IMG/VR virus record: IMGVR_UViG_3300036768_001879
Coordinates: 3,441 to 67,440 of that record
Strand: one strand, 5' to 3'
DNA: 64,000 nucleotides
Source: a virus
Shown here one piece after another: positions 9,630-18,898 of the stretch (the stretch's first letter is position 1; every line of letters begins with the position of its first letter). Made by a program: the position numbers and the translations under genes. The notes beneath the pieces are model-generated. The model ran no database searches. It was not told the DNA's origin and was given only the letters and a program-made list of their open reading frames with translations.

Positions 9630-9648
9630 CCGAAAGGACATTCCTCAC

Positions 9649-9927
9649 ATGGATTGCTTCTCTCTGCTGCGGGGCCTCATCCGCAGCCTGCTGCATGACA
9701 CCGAAGAAATACCGTCCGGCAGCCCGGCGCGCACCGTTCAGAGAGCGCGCCGCGACGAACCTTACCGCGTCGTCGAGCGGCCATCAGGTTACGCCATTGA
9801 GCGTGCCGGGCGGCTGATCTTCCCATTCGATGATGCGCGGCTGGATCGCGCGCGCGCCGAGGAAATGGCCGCCGCGCTCAACCGCAACCGTGAAATCAGG
9901 GAACGCTACAGCGGGGTATCGCCATGA
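9649..9927 (+). CDS. hypothetical protein
   Basis: AAAGGA RBS, ATGA overlap with next gene. Confidence 0.55.
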   Translation: MDCFSLLRGLIRSLLHDTEEIPSGSPARTVQRARRDEPYRVVERPSGYAIERAGRLIFPFDDARLDRARAEEMAAALNRNREIRERYSGVSP

Positions 9928-10199
9928 AAGGGCGGGAAGAAGAACAAGCCGGAGTCTGGATCAACAACGAACACCTTGAACCGGGCGAAGCGCTGGCGCG
10001 CACGCACTACGCGGTGCTGATTATGTGCTGCCTGCGCCGCTGGGACTACGACCTGACGGCGCTCGGGCGCTGGCTGGCGGCGCAGAACGTGTCGCTCGCG
10101 CAGCAGCCGGTCTGCGTGCAGCGCCGCCTGACGCGGCAATGGCTGCTGGCGCTGCTGCCCGACCCGGTTGAGGAAGCCTGCCGGGCGCAGCGCGCCTGA
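9924..10199 (+). CDS. hypothetical protein
   Basis: Coupled ORF in operon. Confidence 0.5.
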   Translation: MKGREEEQAGVWINNEHLEPGEALARTHYAVLIMCCLRRWDYDLTALGRWLAAQNVSLAQQPVCVQRRLTRQWLLALLPDPVEEACRAQRA

Positions 10200-10211
10200 A
10201 AGGAGGAACCT

Positions 10212-10589
10212 GTGCAGTTGATTACGCCTGAAGAACAGCAGCAGCTGGCCCGGCGCGGCGTCCGGGTGCTGACGCTGGAGGCTTATCTGGCGCAGTTCGA
10301 GCCGGAGAGCCGCGAAGCGCAGCTGACGCTCGAAGACCTTGAACGCGCCGAAGCCGAAGCCTGTGATCCGCCCGCCGCGCCGCCGCGCGCGCCTTCAGCC
10401 GCGACAGCCGCAGCCGGGCCTGACGCCGCCGCGCCGGAGGCTGAACGCTGGCCGAAAAGCTGGCGCGCCCGCCGCCCGGAGCGTTGTCAGCAGTGTCGCG
10501 CCGTCATCCCGCTGCGCGCCACGGTGGTTGCGCTCAGCCCGCAGCGGCGCATCTGCGGCACCTGCTATGACCGCAGGGAAGCGCAATGA
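10212..10589 (+). CDS. hypothetical protein with C-terminal CxxC..CxxC zinc ribbon
   Basis: AGGAGG RBS + GTG; CQQC...CGTC. Confidence 0.55.
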   Translation: MQLITPEEQQQLARRGVRVLTLEAYLAQFEPESREAQLTLEDLERAEAEACDPPAAPPRAPSAATAAAGPDAAAPEAERWPKSWRARRPERCQQCRAVIPLRATVVALSPQRRICGTCYDRREAQ

Positions 10590-10703
10590 ATCACCTGTAC
10601 GCCGCACTGTGGATGCTGCTGGCCGGTGTGCCGCTGGCCGCTGGCGCGCTGCTGGCCGCAGTGCTGCTCGCCACCAGAAACTTCAATCGCCGGAGGGAAC
10701 GTC

Positions 10704-11015
10704 ATGACTGATCTCAGACTGCTGCCCTGCCCGTTCTGCGGCTCGACGCTGATCGCGCTCGCGCGCCTCGTGCCGTCGCAGCCCGCGCAATGGCAGGTCT
10801 GGTGCGGCACCTGCGATGCCGCCGTCCGGCCAGCCGTGACCGAGCAGCTGGCCGTTGAGGCGTGGAACCGGCGCGCCGGTTCCATGGCCGCCGAAGAATC
10901 CTTCGCCGCGCAGTATCACACGCTGGCGCAGCGGCACGCCCGCGCCGTCGAGGAACTGCTCAGGCTGCGCGCGCGCCTCGCGCGAGGCGGCGCAAGTTAC
11001 GGAGAACAACCATGA
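10704..11015 (+). CDS. Lar family restriction-alleviation protein
   Basis: LLPCPFCG...VWCGTC...AVEAWNRR. Confidence 0.75.
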   Translation: MTDLRLLPCPFCGSTLIALARLVPSQPAQWQVWCGTCDAAVRPAVTEQLAVEAWNRRAGSMAAEESFAAQYHTLAQRHARAVEELLRLRARLARGGASYGEQP

Positions 11016-11299
11016 ACGCTCACGAGAATCTTCTGCCCTGCCCGTTCTGCGGTTCCACAACCGTCTCGCTCATCAGGCCGAGCGCCAGACTGTGGACGGT
11101 GCTGTGCGGCGTCTGTTCGGCGTCGTCGCGTCACGCCAACAGCCGCGACGGCGCTGCCGCCGACTGGAACCGGCGCGCCAGCCCGGCGCAGCTTGAGAAC
11201 GCTTTTGCCAAACGCTACTTCGCGCTGGCCGCGCAGTACGATCAGGTGGTCGCCGAACTGCTCGATCTGCGCGCAGCCGGATGCCACCACAAACACTGA
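11012..11299 (+). CDS. Lar family restriction-alleviation protein (tandem paralog)
   Basis: LLPCPFCG...VLCGVC...AAADWNRR; ATGA overlap. Confidence 0.75.
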   Translation: MNAHENLLPCPFCGSTTVSLIRPSARLWTVLCGVCSASSRHANSRDGAAADWNRRASPAQLENAFAKRYFALAAQYDQVVAELLDLRAAGCHHKH

Positions 11300-11992
11300 G
11301 TCCGCTGGCTCCCGCGCCCGGATTCTTTCAGACAGGAGCATTGCCAATGCCGAGAAAAAGACTCAGACCCGAATACACTCAGAAGAACTACAAGTTTCAT
11401 TGCAGGATCATAGGCGACGTGCCGCAGGTTGTGTGGATCAGATCGTTGATGAAATTCTGAAGCTGACCGACCGGCGTTGTGAAACGCTGTCGCTGTTTGA
11501 ATACATAAAGATTCTGGAAGCCGTCAGAGAGGAAATTGAGATCCGTCTTGATGCGGCTGATTACGACCTTCGCCGGAAGGCAAACGAAGATGATGACAGT
11601 TCCGACTGAATGGAGGAATGAGCGAATGGAAAGCGAACTCATCTGCGGCAGCCTGACCGTGGATTTCAACGCCGCGCTGCCTGCGCTCACGCATCAGGTG
11701 TCGCTGCCGGACGGCACGCGCGCCGCCACGCTGCGCTACGTGCAGACGGCTTGGAATCACTGGACGTGGGAGCTTGCCGCCGACACCTGCGCGCGCAGGG
11801 GGCAGCGCGCATTCGCTGCTCGACGCGCTGGCCCGCGCCCGCGCGGCCTGCCTTGAATGGCTGACTGACGACTGCCAGCCTGCGGAGACTGCATGAATCC
11901 CGACAACGCCGAACTGTAAGTCATCGTCCTGCAGGCGCGCAGGCACGAACGAATGGACTGGTATCAGCTGACCGGGGAAAGGAACATCGCGG

Positions 11993-12934
11993 ATGGGCGA
12001 ACAATCAAAGATCGAATGGACTGACCACACCTTCAATCCGTGGACGGGCTGCGAGAAAGTCAGCCCGGCCTGTCGCAACTGCTACGCCGAGGCGCTCGCG
12101 CGCCGCGCGCCGCAAACCTTCGGGCAGTGGGGCGGCGATCAGCCGCGCCGCCTGACTTCAGCCGCAAACTGGCGGCTGCCGCGCCGCTGGAACCGGCAGG
12201 CGCAGGCGGCGGGCGAGCGCAGGCGCGTCTTCTGCGCTTCGCTGGCCGATGTGTTTGAGGATAAACCTGAACTGCGCCGCTGGCGGCGCGAGCTGTTCCG
12301 GCTCATCAGCGAGACGCCGCTGCTGGACTGGCTGCTGCTGACCAAGCGGGCCGACCGGATTGAGGATCTGATCTGGCAGGCGCTCGCGCCTGAGTACGAC
12401 GACATGGCCGAGCCGCACATCCTGATGGTCGAGCGATTCAGCGACCTCTTTCCGCACGTCTGGCTGGGCGCAACGGTCGAGGATCAGGAGCGCGCCCGCG
12501 AGCGCCTCACGGCGCTGCGCGAAACGTCGGCGCGCGTGCGCTTTCTCTCCTGCGAACCGCTGCTCGGGCCGCTCGATCTGACGGCGTGGCTCGCGCCGGT
12601 GCCGGAAATTGACTGGATCATCATTGGCGGCGAAAGCGGGCCTGCCGCGCGCCCGTTCCATCTCGATCACGCGCGCGCTCTCATCAGGCAGTGCCGCGCG
12701 GCGGGCGTGGCGGTCTTCGTCAAGCAGCTGGGCGCGGTGCCGGTGCTGCCCGCAGCCGACTGGGAGCGCCTGCGCCCGCAACCGCTCCTCGCCGCGCGCC
12801 ATCACTACCGGATTCCAGCCGGGTACGTGGCCCTGCGGCTGAACGATCCGCAGGGCGGCGACCCCGCCGAATGGCCCGCCGATCTGCGCGTGCGCGAGTT
12901 CCCCGCCCGCACGCGTCGGGAGGTTTCACTATGA
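11993..12934 (+). CDS. phage Gp37/Gp68 (DUF5131) protein
   Basis: SKIEWTDHTFNPWTGCEKVSPACRNCYAE, VFCASLADVF, LLTKR, FLSCEPLLG, IIGGESG. Confidence 0.9.
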   Translation: MGEQSKIEWTDHTFNPWTGCEKVSPACRNCYAEALARRAPQTFGQWGGDQPRRLTSAANWRLPRRWNRQAQAAGERRRVFCASLADVFEDKPELRRWRRELFRLISETPLLDWLLLTKRADRIEDLIWQALAPEYDDMAEPHILMVERFSDLFPHVWLGATVEDQERARERLTALRETSARVRFLSCEPLLGPLDLTAWLAPVPEIDWIIIGGESGPAARPFHLDHARALIRQCRAAGVAVFVKQLGAVPVLPAADWERLRPQPLLAARHHYRIPAGYVALRLNDPQGGDPAEWPADLRVREFPARTRREVSL

Positions 12935-13230
12935 TTCACGAACTGAAGATCCTGCCGGAATACTTTGCCGAGGTCGCAAGCGGCAGCAAGACCTTTGAAC
13001 TGCGCCGTAATGACCGGCAGTTTCGCGTCGGCGACGTGCTGCGGCTGTGCGAATACGAGCCGGAGTGCGGGCGTTACACCGGCAACCGTGTGGACGCGGT
13101 AGTGACTTCGCTGCTGCCTGGCGGCAGGTTCGATCTGCCGGACCATCTCTGCGTGATGAGCATTCGGGTGATCCGGCAGCCGCCCGGCCCTGCTGCGCCA
13201 GCCGCAATCATCAAACCCTTCAACCAGTGA
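12931..13230 (+). CDS. ASCH/DUF3850 domain protein
   Basis: HELKILPEYF...KTFELRRNDRQFRVGDVLRLCEY. Confidence 0.8.
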   Translation: MIHELKILPEYFAEVASGSKTFELRRNDRQFRVGDVLRLCEYEPECGRYTGNRVDAVVTSLLPGGRFDLPDHLCVMSIRVIRQPPGPAAPAAIIKPFNQ

Positions 13231-13237
13231 GGTGTGT

Positions 13238-13744
13238 ATGCACAATCATTTTTCTTCACCGTTCGACCAGCCGCTGCCCGCTCAGAGCGCCAGCGCCGCC
13301 AGCGCGCAGGTAGTCGTGACGCCCGAGCCGGTCGAACCGTCCGGCGCGCTCACGGAGAGCGAATTCGAGCGCCTGCGCTTTCTGCTGCCGCCCGATCTGC
13401 TGCTGAAGATCGAACGGCTCAATCAGCGCGCGCGCAGCCGCTTTCTGGTCTGCGGCGACGTAACGCTCGATCTTGAGGACGGCGTGCTTTTTGGCCGGGC
13501 CGGGCAGTGTCAGCTGACCCGCTATGAGAGTCGCCTGCTGCGCCTGCTGATGGAACAGCGCGGTCAGGAACTGACGGAGCTGCAGATTCTGCTCGCCGTC
13601 TGGAAGCGCGAACGCCAGAGCAATCTCGTCGCCGTCTACGTTTCCTATCTGCGCGCCCGGCTGCGCCAGGTCGGTTCGGCGCTCTCAATCACCAAACCGC
13701 GACACGGAGGCTACGCGATCACCGATGGCTCACGAAAACAGTAA
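13238..13744 (+). CDS. OmpR/PhoB-type winged-helix DNA-binding protein lacking a receiver domain
   Basis: GDVTLD..LTRYESRLLRLLM..ILLAVW..NLVAVYVSYLRARL..GGY. Confidence 0.75.
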   Translation: MHNHFSSPFDQPLPAQSASAASAQVVVTPEPVEPSGALTESEFERLRFLLPPDLLLKIERLNQRARSRFLVCGDVTLDLEDGVLFGRAGQCQLTRYESRLLRLLMEQRGQELTELQILLAVWKRERQSNLVAVYVSYLRARLRQVGSALSITKPRHGGYAITDGSRKQ

Positions 13745-13973
13745 TCCCGCGCCTTTCAGCGCCACGCACCCGCATTACATCGGGCAGTGCCCGGCCTGCG
13801 GCGATGGCGTGCGCGTGGATCCGAACGACCCTGAACGCGCCGTTCACAAACCGGCCAGCCTGGGCTGGCGCGCCACCTTCGGCGTGCGCCTGGTTGATGC
13901 TGACCGCCGCGATCAGACCGACCTGCTGGCGGCGGTGGCCGAGTACTGCCGCCAGCGCACGCGGCGCGACTGA
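13725..13973 (+). CDS. hypothetical protein
   Basis: GGAGG RBS, CPAC motif. Confidence 0.45.
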   Translation: MAHENSNPAPFSATHPHYIGQCPACGDGVRVDPNDPERAVHKPASLGWRATFGVRLVDADRRDQTDLLAAVAEYCRQRTRRD

Positions 13974-14006
13974 AGCGCGCCCGCAGTGTTGCTCATGCAC
14001 AACGTA

Positions 14007-14024
14007 TTATTGATTCTGGTAAAT
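14007..14024. promoter_or_regulatory. late-operon regulatory motif TTATTGATTCTGGTAAAT
   Basis: Exact 18-mer repeated at 24255-24272; both copies intergenic and upstream of late genes. Confidence 0.6.
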
Positions 14025-14137
14025 GATTTGTGGTAGGGTGAACGCGGTATTGGCATGAGACGTTCCCTTCCGGGCTGCACCCGCAGATCCGTGCAGCCCG
14101 GCTTTTCTTCGGCCCGATCAGACCAGGGAGAAAATCA

Positions 14138-14317
14138 ATGAACGATCCAAAGACCACGATGAGCGGCGTTATCACGTTCGTGGCGTGGCTGCTGGCGCAC
14201 TTCGGCATCGTCCTGCCGACGAGCGCCAAAGAACTGATTCTGGCACTCGGCGTGGCAGTCATCGGTTATCTGGCCCGCGACAGATCGAAGAATCCCGCAC
14301 AGCCGGAGCAGCCCTGA
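14138..14317 (+). CDS. putative holin (59 aa, two TM helices)
   Basis: Not in ORF track; MNDPKTTMSGVITFVAWLLAHFGIVLPTSAKELILALGVAVIGYLARD; GGGAG RBS. Confidence 0.6.
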   Translation: MNDPKTTMSGVITFVAWLLAHFGIVLPTSAKELILALGVAVIGYLARDRSKNPAQPEQP

Positions 14318-14634
14318 TGCGTCACCTGCTCGGACGATTGTTTTTGTTTCTGGCTGAAGCCGCCGACCCGCAGCTGCGGATTCAGCTGGAAGAGTACGAG
14401 CGCGAGCGCGATCAGCTGCTGCGCGAAATCAGCTTTCAGCAGGCGCAGGTTGCGGCGCTTGCCGCCCAGGCCGAACACCTCACGCATGAACGCGACGAAG
14501 CCCGTGAAAGAATCGCCTCACTCGAACGCGCCACGGCGCAGATTGCCGCGCGCCTGGGGCAGGATCACACTGCCGGTCGCAGCGATGCTGATGTGCTGCG
14601 TGGTGACCTGTTCGGCGCAGAACGCCCGCGCTGA
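14317..14634 (+). CDS. putative inner-membrane spanin-like coiled-coil protein
   Basis: TGATG coupling to the holin; hydrophobic N-terminus then coiled coil. Confidence 0.45.
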   Translation: MRHLLGRLFLFLAEAADPQLRIQLEEYERERDQLLREISFQQAQVAALAAQAEHLTHERDEARERIASLERATAQIAARLGQDHTAGRSDADVLRGDLFGAERPR

Positions 14635-15040
14635 ACCGGATCCTTCGAGCGAGGGCGCGCGCATCACTGAACGCCTGCCGGACGGCACGCTCATTGTGCT
14701 CGCTGGCGGACAGGAGTACCGCGCGCTGCCCGCCGCCCGGATGCGCGAACTCGACAACGCGCTTGAGGACAAGCGCCTGCTGGCGGAAAAGGTGGCGCTG
14801 CTTGAGGCGCAGCTGGCCGAGCGCCGCCGCGCCGCTGAACTCGACGCGCGCGAGCGCCAGCTGTACGCCAGCCAGCTGGCCGCCCGCGAACGCGAAACGG
14901 CGCTCTGGCGGCAGCTGTTTGAGAAGGCCGACAAGGCGGCTCGCCCTGGCCGCGTGCGCCGCTTTCTGGATCATCCGGTCGCGGCCATCCTGCTGGAAGC
15001 TGTCGTCCCGGTGGTTACGCTGGCCCTCAGAATGCGTTGA
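14585..15040 (+). CDS. putative outer spanin-like protein
   Basis: Overlaps previous gene; Cys-containing signal-like N-terminus, coiled coil, hydrophobic C-terminus; start uncertain. Confidence 0.4.
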   Translation: MLMCCVVTCSAQNARAEPDPSSEGARITERLPDGTLIVLAGGQEYRALPAARMRELDNALEDKRLLAEKVALLEAQLAERRRAAELDARERQLYASQLAARERETALWRQLFEKADKAARPGRVRRFLDHPVAAILLEAVVPVVTLALRMR

Positions 15041-15060
15041 AAACACAACCGGAGACTCCC

Positions 15061-15801
15061 ATGACTGAAAAAATGAAAACCGCCCGCGCCGCCGAACCAG
15101 CCCGGCTCAGTATCGAATACCTGCCGCTGCGCCGAATCCGCCCGCTCCCGCGCAACGCCAAACAGCACGACCTCGAAGCGATCATCGCTTCAATCAGCGA
15201 GTTCGGCTTTCTTGACCCTATCGGCATCAACAAGCGCACCGGACACGACCTTGACGGCAATGGCCGCCTGGAGGCGCTGCAGGAGATGGAGCGGCGCGGA
15301 CTGCCGCCGCCGCGCGGCATTGTGGCGGGCCGCAACGGCTGGGAAGCGCCCACCGTGGCGGGCATCAGCCTTGACGCAGCCCGCGAAGCCCGCGCCGCGC
15401 TGGCCCTGAACCGCACCAATGAACTGGGCGGTTTCGACGAGCAGCTGCTGCTTGAGATCCTGCGCGAATGCGAGCAGGAAGGCGGACTGGAAGCCACCGG
15501 CTACACGCCGGATTTCATCAACAGCCTGATGATGCGTCTTGACCCGCCCGCCGCCGCGCCCGCCGCCGCCGCGCCGGCAGTGTCGCTGGATCTGGTCAGC
15601 GCGCCGCCATCGCAGGTGCGGATGGTGCAGTTGTTCTACACCGCCGAAACGCAGCCCGTTCTGCTCAGTCGCGCTGCGGATCTGATTGACGCCGGTGCGG
15701 TGCTCGATGATGCGGGCGCGCCCGTGCGCGACCTCTCGGAACTCGTCTTCGCTTTGATTCGCAATGCTCACGCTCAACTTGAAACCGGTGCTGACCGATG
15801 A
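15061..15801 (+). CDS. ParB/Srx-like N-terminal domain protein heading the DNA-modification operon
   Basis: RNAKQHD..IIASISEFGFLDPI..LDGNGRLEAL..LALNRTNELGGFD. Confidence 0.75.
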   Translation: MTEKMKTARAAEPARLSIEYLPLRRIRPLPRNAKQHDLEAIIASISEFGFLDPIGINKRTGHDLDGNGRLEALQEMERRGLPPPRGIVAGRNGWEAPTVAGISLDAAREARAALALNRTNELGGFDEQLLLEILRECEQEGGLEATGYTPDFINSLMMRLDPPAAAPAAAAPAVSLDLVSAPPSQVRMVQLFYTAETQPVLLSRAADLIDAGAVLDDAGAPVRDLSELVFALIRNAHAQLETGADR

Positions 15802-16672
15802 AGAGACGGCGGCGCTGGCCGGACGACTGCTGCCCGCCAGCGCCGCGCCGCTCGTGCTGCGCGAAGACGCCGACGTCTGGCGGCCTGACGGCACACTGCT
15901 GCTGCGCTTCCGCAAGCGCGTCTTCGGGTTTGACGAATGCCGCACGGCCTGGCGCGCGCTGCGCGCCGCCGCCGTGACGACGGACAATCGCGGCGTGGCT
16001 GCCGGAGCCATTGACGATCCCGGCGCGACCGAGCGCCCGGCTGCCATTGTCACCGGCACGCGCTACCGCCCGCTCAAGCGCGATGGCACCGTCTCGAACA
16101 CCAACTTCGCAAAAAAGGTCAGGAGCGGCGTGATCGGGTTCTTTGACCGCAATGTGCGCATCCCCTACTGCCGCCAGACGGCCTTCAACATCAACCACGC
16201 TTCAAGGTTCGCCGCCGCGCTGCCGTTTATTCAGAGCGTCAGCCGGGTCTTCCAGCGCGAACTGCCGGAACGCTGGGCGGCGCAACGCGCCATCTGCGAT
16301 CAGACGCACCCGGATTTCCTGATTCCGGGTACCGTCTTTACCACCGTCACGGTCAATCGCAACTGGCAGACCGCCGTTCACAAGGATGCCGGCGACCTGC
16401 CGGAAGGCTTCGGCGTGCTGAGCGCCCTGAGCGTGGGCGATTACGACGGCTGTTACTTCTGTTTTCCGCAGTACGGCGTGGCTGCCGATCTGCGCACGGG
16501 CGATCTGCTGCTCGGCGATGTTCACGCCTGGCACGGCAACACGCCGCTGCGCGGGCGCGGCAATTACGAGCGCCTGAGCCTGGTGTTTTACTACCGCTCG
16601 CGCATGCGCGACTGCGGCAGCGCCGAAGCCGAACTGTCCCGCGCCCGCTCCGGCCTGCGCACCCTGCGATGA
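15764..16672 (+). CDS. TET/JBP-family 2-oxoglutarate/Fe(II) DNA pyrimidine dioxygenase
   Basis: CRQTAF, FTTVTVNRNWQTAVHKDAGD (HxD), WHGNT (distal His), RLSLVFYYR (2OG-binding Arg). Confidence 0.88.
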   Translation: MLTLNLKPVLTDEETAALAGRLLPASAAPLVLREDADVWRPDGTLLLRFRKRVFGFDECRTAWRALRAAAVTTDNRGVAAGAIDDPGATERPAAIVTGTRYRPLKRDGTVSNTNFAKKVRSGVIGFFDRNVRIPYCRQTAFNINHASRFAAALPFIQSVSRVFQRELPERWAAQRAICDQTHPDFLIPGTVFTTVTVNRNWQTAVHKDAGDLPEGFGVLSALSVGDYDGCYFCFPQYGVAADLRTGDLLLGDVHAWHGNTPLRGRGNYERLSLVFYYRSRMRDCGSAEAELSRARSGLRTLR

Positions 16673-17451
16673 AACTAACGCGCACATACCTGCAGCACCG
16701 CGACGTGACCGCCTTTGGCCGGGCGCTGCTGGCTGCGCGCGACCTGGATCCGGTCTATGAAGCCTTCGGCTGCGCCGGGTTCACGCGCGCCGAGCGTTCG
16801 GCGCTGGTGCTCGCCTACTCGTGGTTTTATCACGCGGGCGTGGCCGCCGACATTGCCGAGCAGCCGGACTTCTGGCGCGCCGCCCGGCTGGCCTACGAAG
16901 CCAATGCGCCGCGCGGCACCGAGCGCCGCCATTTTCGCGGCCCGCGCGGACTGGCGGCCATTGAATGGGTGCGCGCCCGTTTTGCCACGCCCGAAGCCGC
17001 GCTCGATGCGCTGCTTGCGCCGACCTTTGGCGCTTTCCGCGCGCGGGCGCTCGCCTGGCCGCAGACCGGCGACTGGATGGCCTTCAAGCTGGGCGACCTG
17101 CTTGAGCGCGTGCGCGGCGACCGCATCTCGTTTGACGATTGCGCCCTGGCCTTTTACCGCGAACCGCGCCGCGCTGCGCTGCTGGTGGCTGAAGAACGCG
17201 GCCTGACGGCGGGCGTTGACGCGCTGGCGCGGCTGATCGTGGCGGAGTTTGACGGCGTGGCTGCCCCGCCGCACGCCGACCGGCCCTGCGGCCTGCAGGA
17301 GATTGAAACCATGCTCTGCAAGTACAAGGCGCACCGGCACGGCTTTTATCCGGTTGGCAGGGATCGCGCTGAAATCGTGGCCGCGCTGCGCGCCCGGCCC
17401 GTGATGGGCGCTGGCGCCTTCCGCGCCCGGATGCTGGAGGTGCTCGCATGA
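16669..17451 (+). CDS. amino acid:DNA transferase (aGPT-PPlase clade 2-like)
   Basis: DLDPVY, WFYHAGVA, RGTERRHF, FKLGDLLER, QEIETMLCKYK motifs; operon context. Confidence 0.8.
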   Translation: MKLTRTYLQHRDVTAFGRALLAARDLDPVYEAFGCAGFTRAERSALVLAYSWFYHAGVAADIAEQPDFWRAARLAYEANAPRGTERRHFRGPRGLAAIEWVRARFATPEAALDALLAPTFGAFRARALAWPQTGDWMAFKLGDLLERVRGDRISFDDCALAFYREPRRAALLVAEERGLTAGVDALARLIVAEFDGVAAPPHADRPCGLQEIETMLCKYKAHRHGFYPVGRDRAEIVAALRARPVMGAGAFRARMLEVLA

Positions 17452-18350
17452 AGCCGGTTCACCTGTCCGGCATGGGGATGCTCGGCTGCGCAGCGGCGCT
17501 GGCGCTCGATGCTGCCGGGCGCGCCTTCACCTGGGACGATGCGGACGCGGTCAGCGCCTGGCCTGCAAGCAGCGGGCAGATTGTCACCGACGCGGACTCG
17601 CCGCAGCTGGAAGCCGCCCGCGCCGCGTGGGAGGCCCGCCAGACCGGCCTTGCCCCCGATGCGCCCGCTTACGCGCCGTTCCTGCGGCGCGCCGCCCGCT
17701 GGCTGCTGCTGAGCCGCGCGCCCGCCGCCGCCCGCGCCCAGGCGCGCCACGCCGCCGCCTGTGCAGGCAGGTTCTGGCGCGCTGGCGATGACGATCTCTT
17801 TCTGGATGTGCCCGGCTTTGTCGGCAGCGTCCGCGCCCGCTACGCGCACCTGCGGCGCACCGGCCCGCCCGCCGACGCCCGGCCCGTCACCGCGCACGGC
17901 TTTGCCCGCGCCCGCTGCTTCCTGTGGGGCTGGAGCGCCGCCTGCGCCGAACTCTGCCTGCCTGCCGGACTTGAAGCCGCCAGCCTCCCGCTGCCCCCAG
18001 CGCTGCATGTGCGCCCGCACCGCTTTATGAGCGCCTGGGTGGTGCCGCACGGTCGCGCCGGATACCTGATCGGCACGTCCTACGTGCGCCAGACCGAGCC
18101 GCGCCAGCCGCAGCACCCCGAACAACTCATCGCCCGCACGCTCGAACGGCTGGGCAGTTACGGCGTGCGCGTTGCGGCCACCGGCCCGGTGCGCTACGGC
18201 TGGCGCCCGCTGGCCGTCAGGGGCGAACCCCAGGTCACCGTCGCGCGCCACAACGGACACCTGATGCTGCCCGCGCTCGGCATGTACGGCGTCACGCTGA
18301 GTCCGCTGGCTGCAGCCGCGCTGCTCCGGGCGCTGGAGGATGAGCCGTGA
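17448..18350 (+). CDS. FAD-dependent oxidoreductase (DAO/glycine oxidase-like)
   Basis: N-terminal GMGMLG dinucleotide-binding motif, SAWPASSG, YGWRP, C-terminal GMYGVTLSP. Confidence 0.7.
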   Translation: MKPVHLSGMGMLGCAAALALDAAGRAFTWDDADAVSAWPASSGQIVTDADSPQLEAARAAWEARQTGLAPDAPAYAPFLRRAARWLLLSRAPAAARAQARHAAACAGRFWRAGDDDLFLDVPGFVGSVRARYAHLRRTGPPADARPVTAHGFARARCFLWGWSAACAELCLPAGLEAASLPLPPALHVRPHRFMSAWVVPHGRAGYLIGTSYVRQTEPRQPQHPEQLIARTLERLGSYGVRVAATGPVRYGWRPLAVRGEPQVTVARHNGHLMLPALGMYGVTLSPLAAAALLRALEDEP

Positions 18351-18898
18351 AAAGACTGATCGGTATTGGCGGCCCGCCCGGAGCCGGAAAAAGCCACCTG
18401 GTACAGTGCGCGCTGGCGGCGCTCGACCGCCACCGCTTTGTCATGCAGCAGGAAGGCACGATCCAGTACCTGCAACACCTGCGCCTGCCGCTGATCGTGC
18501 TGGGCAGCTACGCGCCCGGCGATGCCACGCCCGGCACCGACCGCCTGCATCTGTGCGTCCACCCGGAAGCCAAACGGTTCCTGGCGCGCCACGCCGCCGC
18601 CAGCGCCGATCTCTGCTGCCTGTTTGAAGGCGACCGCTTCTGCAATGAGCCGTTCCTTGCCGCCGCCGCCGCCTGGTTTGACGATGTGCGCCTGCTGCTG
18701 CTCGATGTGCCGCGCGCGGTGCGCGACCGCCGCTGCCAGACACGCGGTGCGCGGCAGGCTGAAACCTTTCTGCGAGGGCGGGAAACCAAATACCGCAATC
18801 TGGCCCGTCTGAGCTGCGCCGAAGTGCTGCCCAATTTCACCGCCGCGCACGCCGACGCCCTGCTTGAGCGCCTGCTGCGGCTGATTGAACTGCAATGA
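18347..18898 (+). CDS. P-loop kinase, 5-hydroxymethyluracil DNA kinase-like
   Basis: GGPPGAGKS Walker A, GTDRL, LFEGDRF, RCQTRG; context next to the AADT gene. Confidence 0.78.
   Translation: MKRLIGIGGPPGAGKSHLVQCALAALDRHRFVMQQEGTIQYLQHLRLPLIVLGSYAPGDATPGTDRLHLCVHPEAKRFLARHAAASADLCCLFEGDRFCNEPFLAAAAAWFDDVRLLLLDVPRAVRDRRCQTRGARQAETFLRGRETKYRNLARLSCAEVLPNFTAAHADALLERLLRLIELQ

Noticed and set aside
11862-11950. Second hammerhead at CTGACGA
   Set aside because: No matching GAAA/stem III/UH arrangement; the segment reads better as a frameshifted coding tail
15764-16672. TET acting on 5-methylcytosine with a phage C5 methylase
   Set aside because: No C5 methyltransferase is visible in the window and the neighbours are 5hmU-type enzymes; cannot be fully excluded because host or out-of-window methylases are possible
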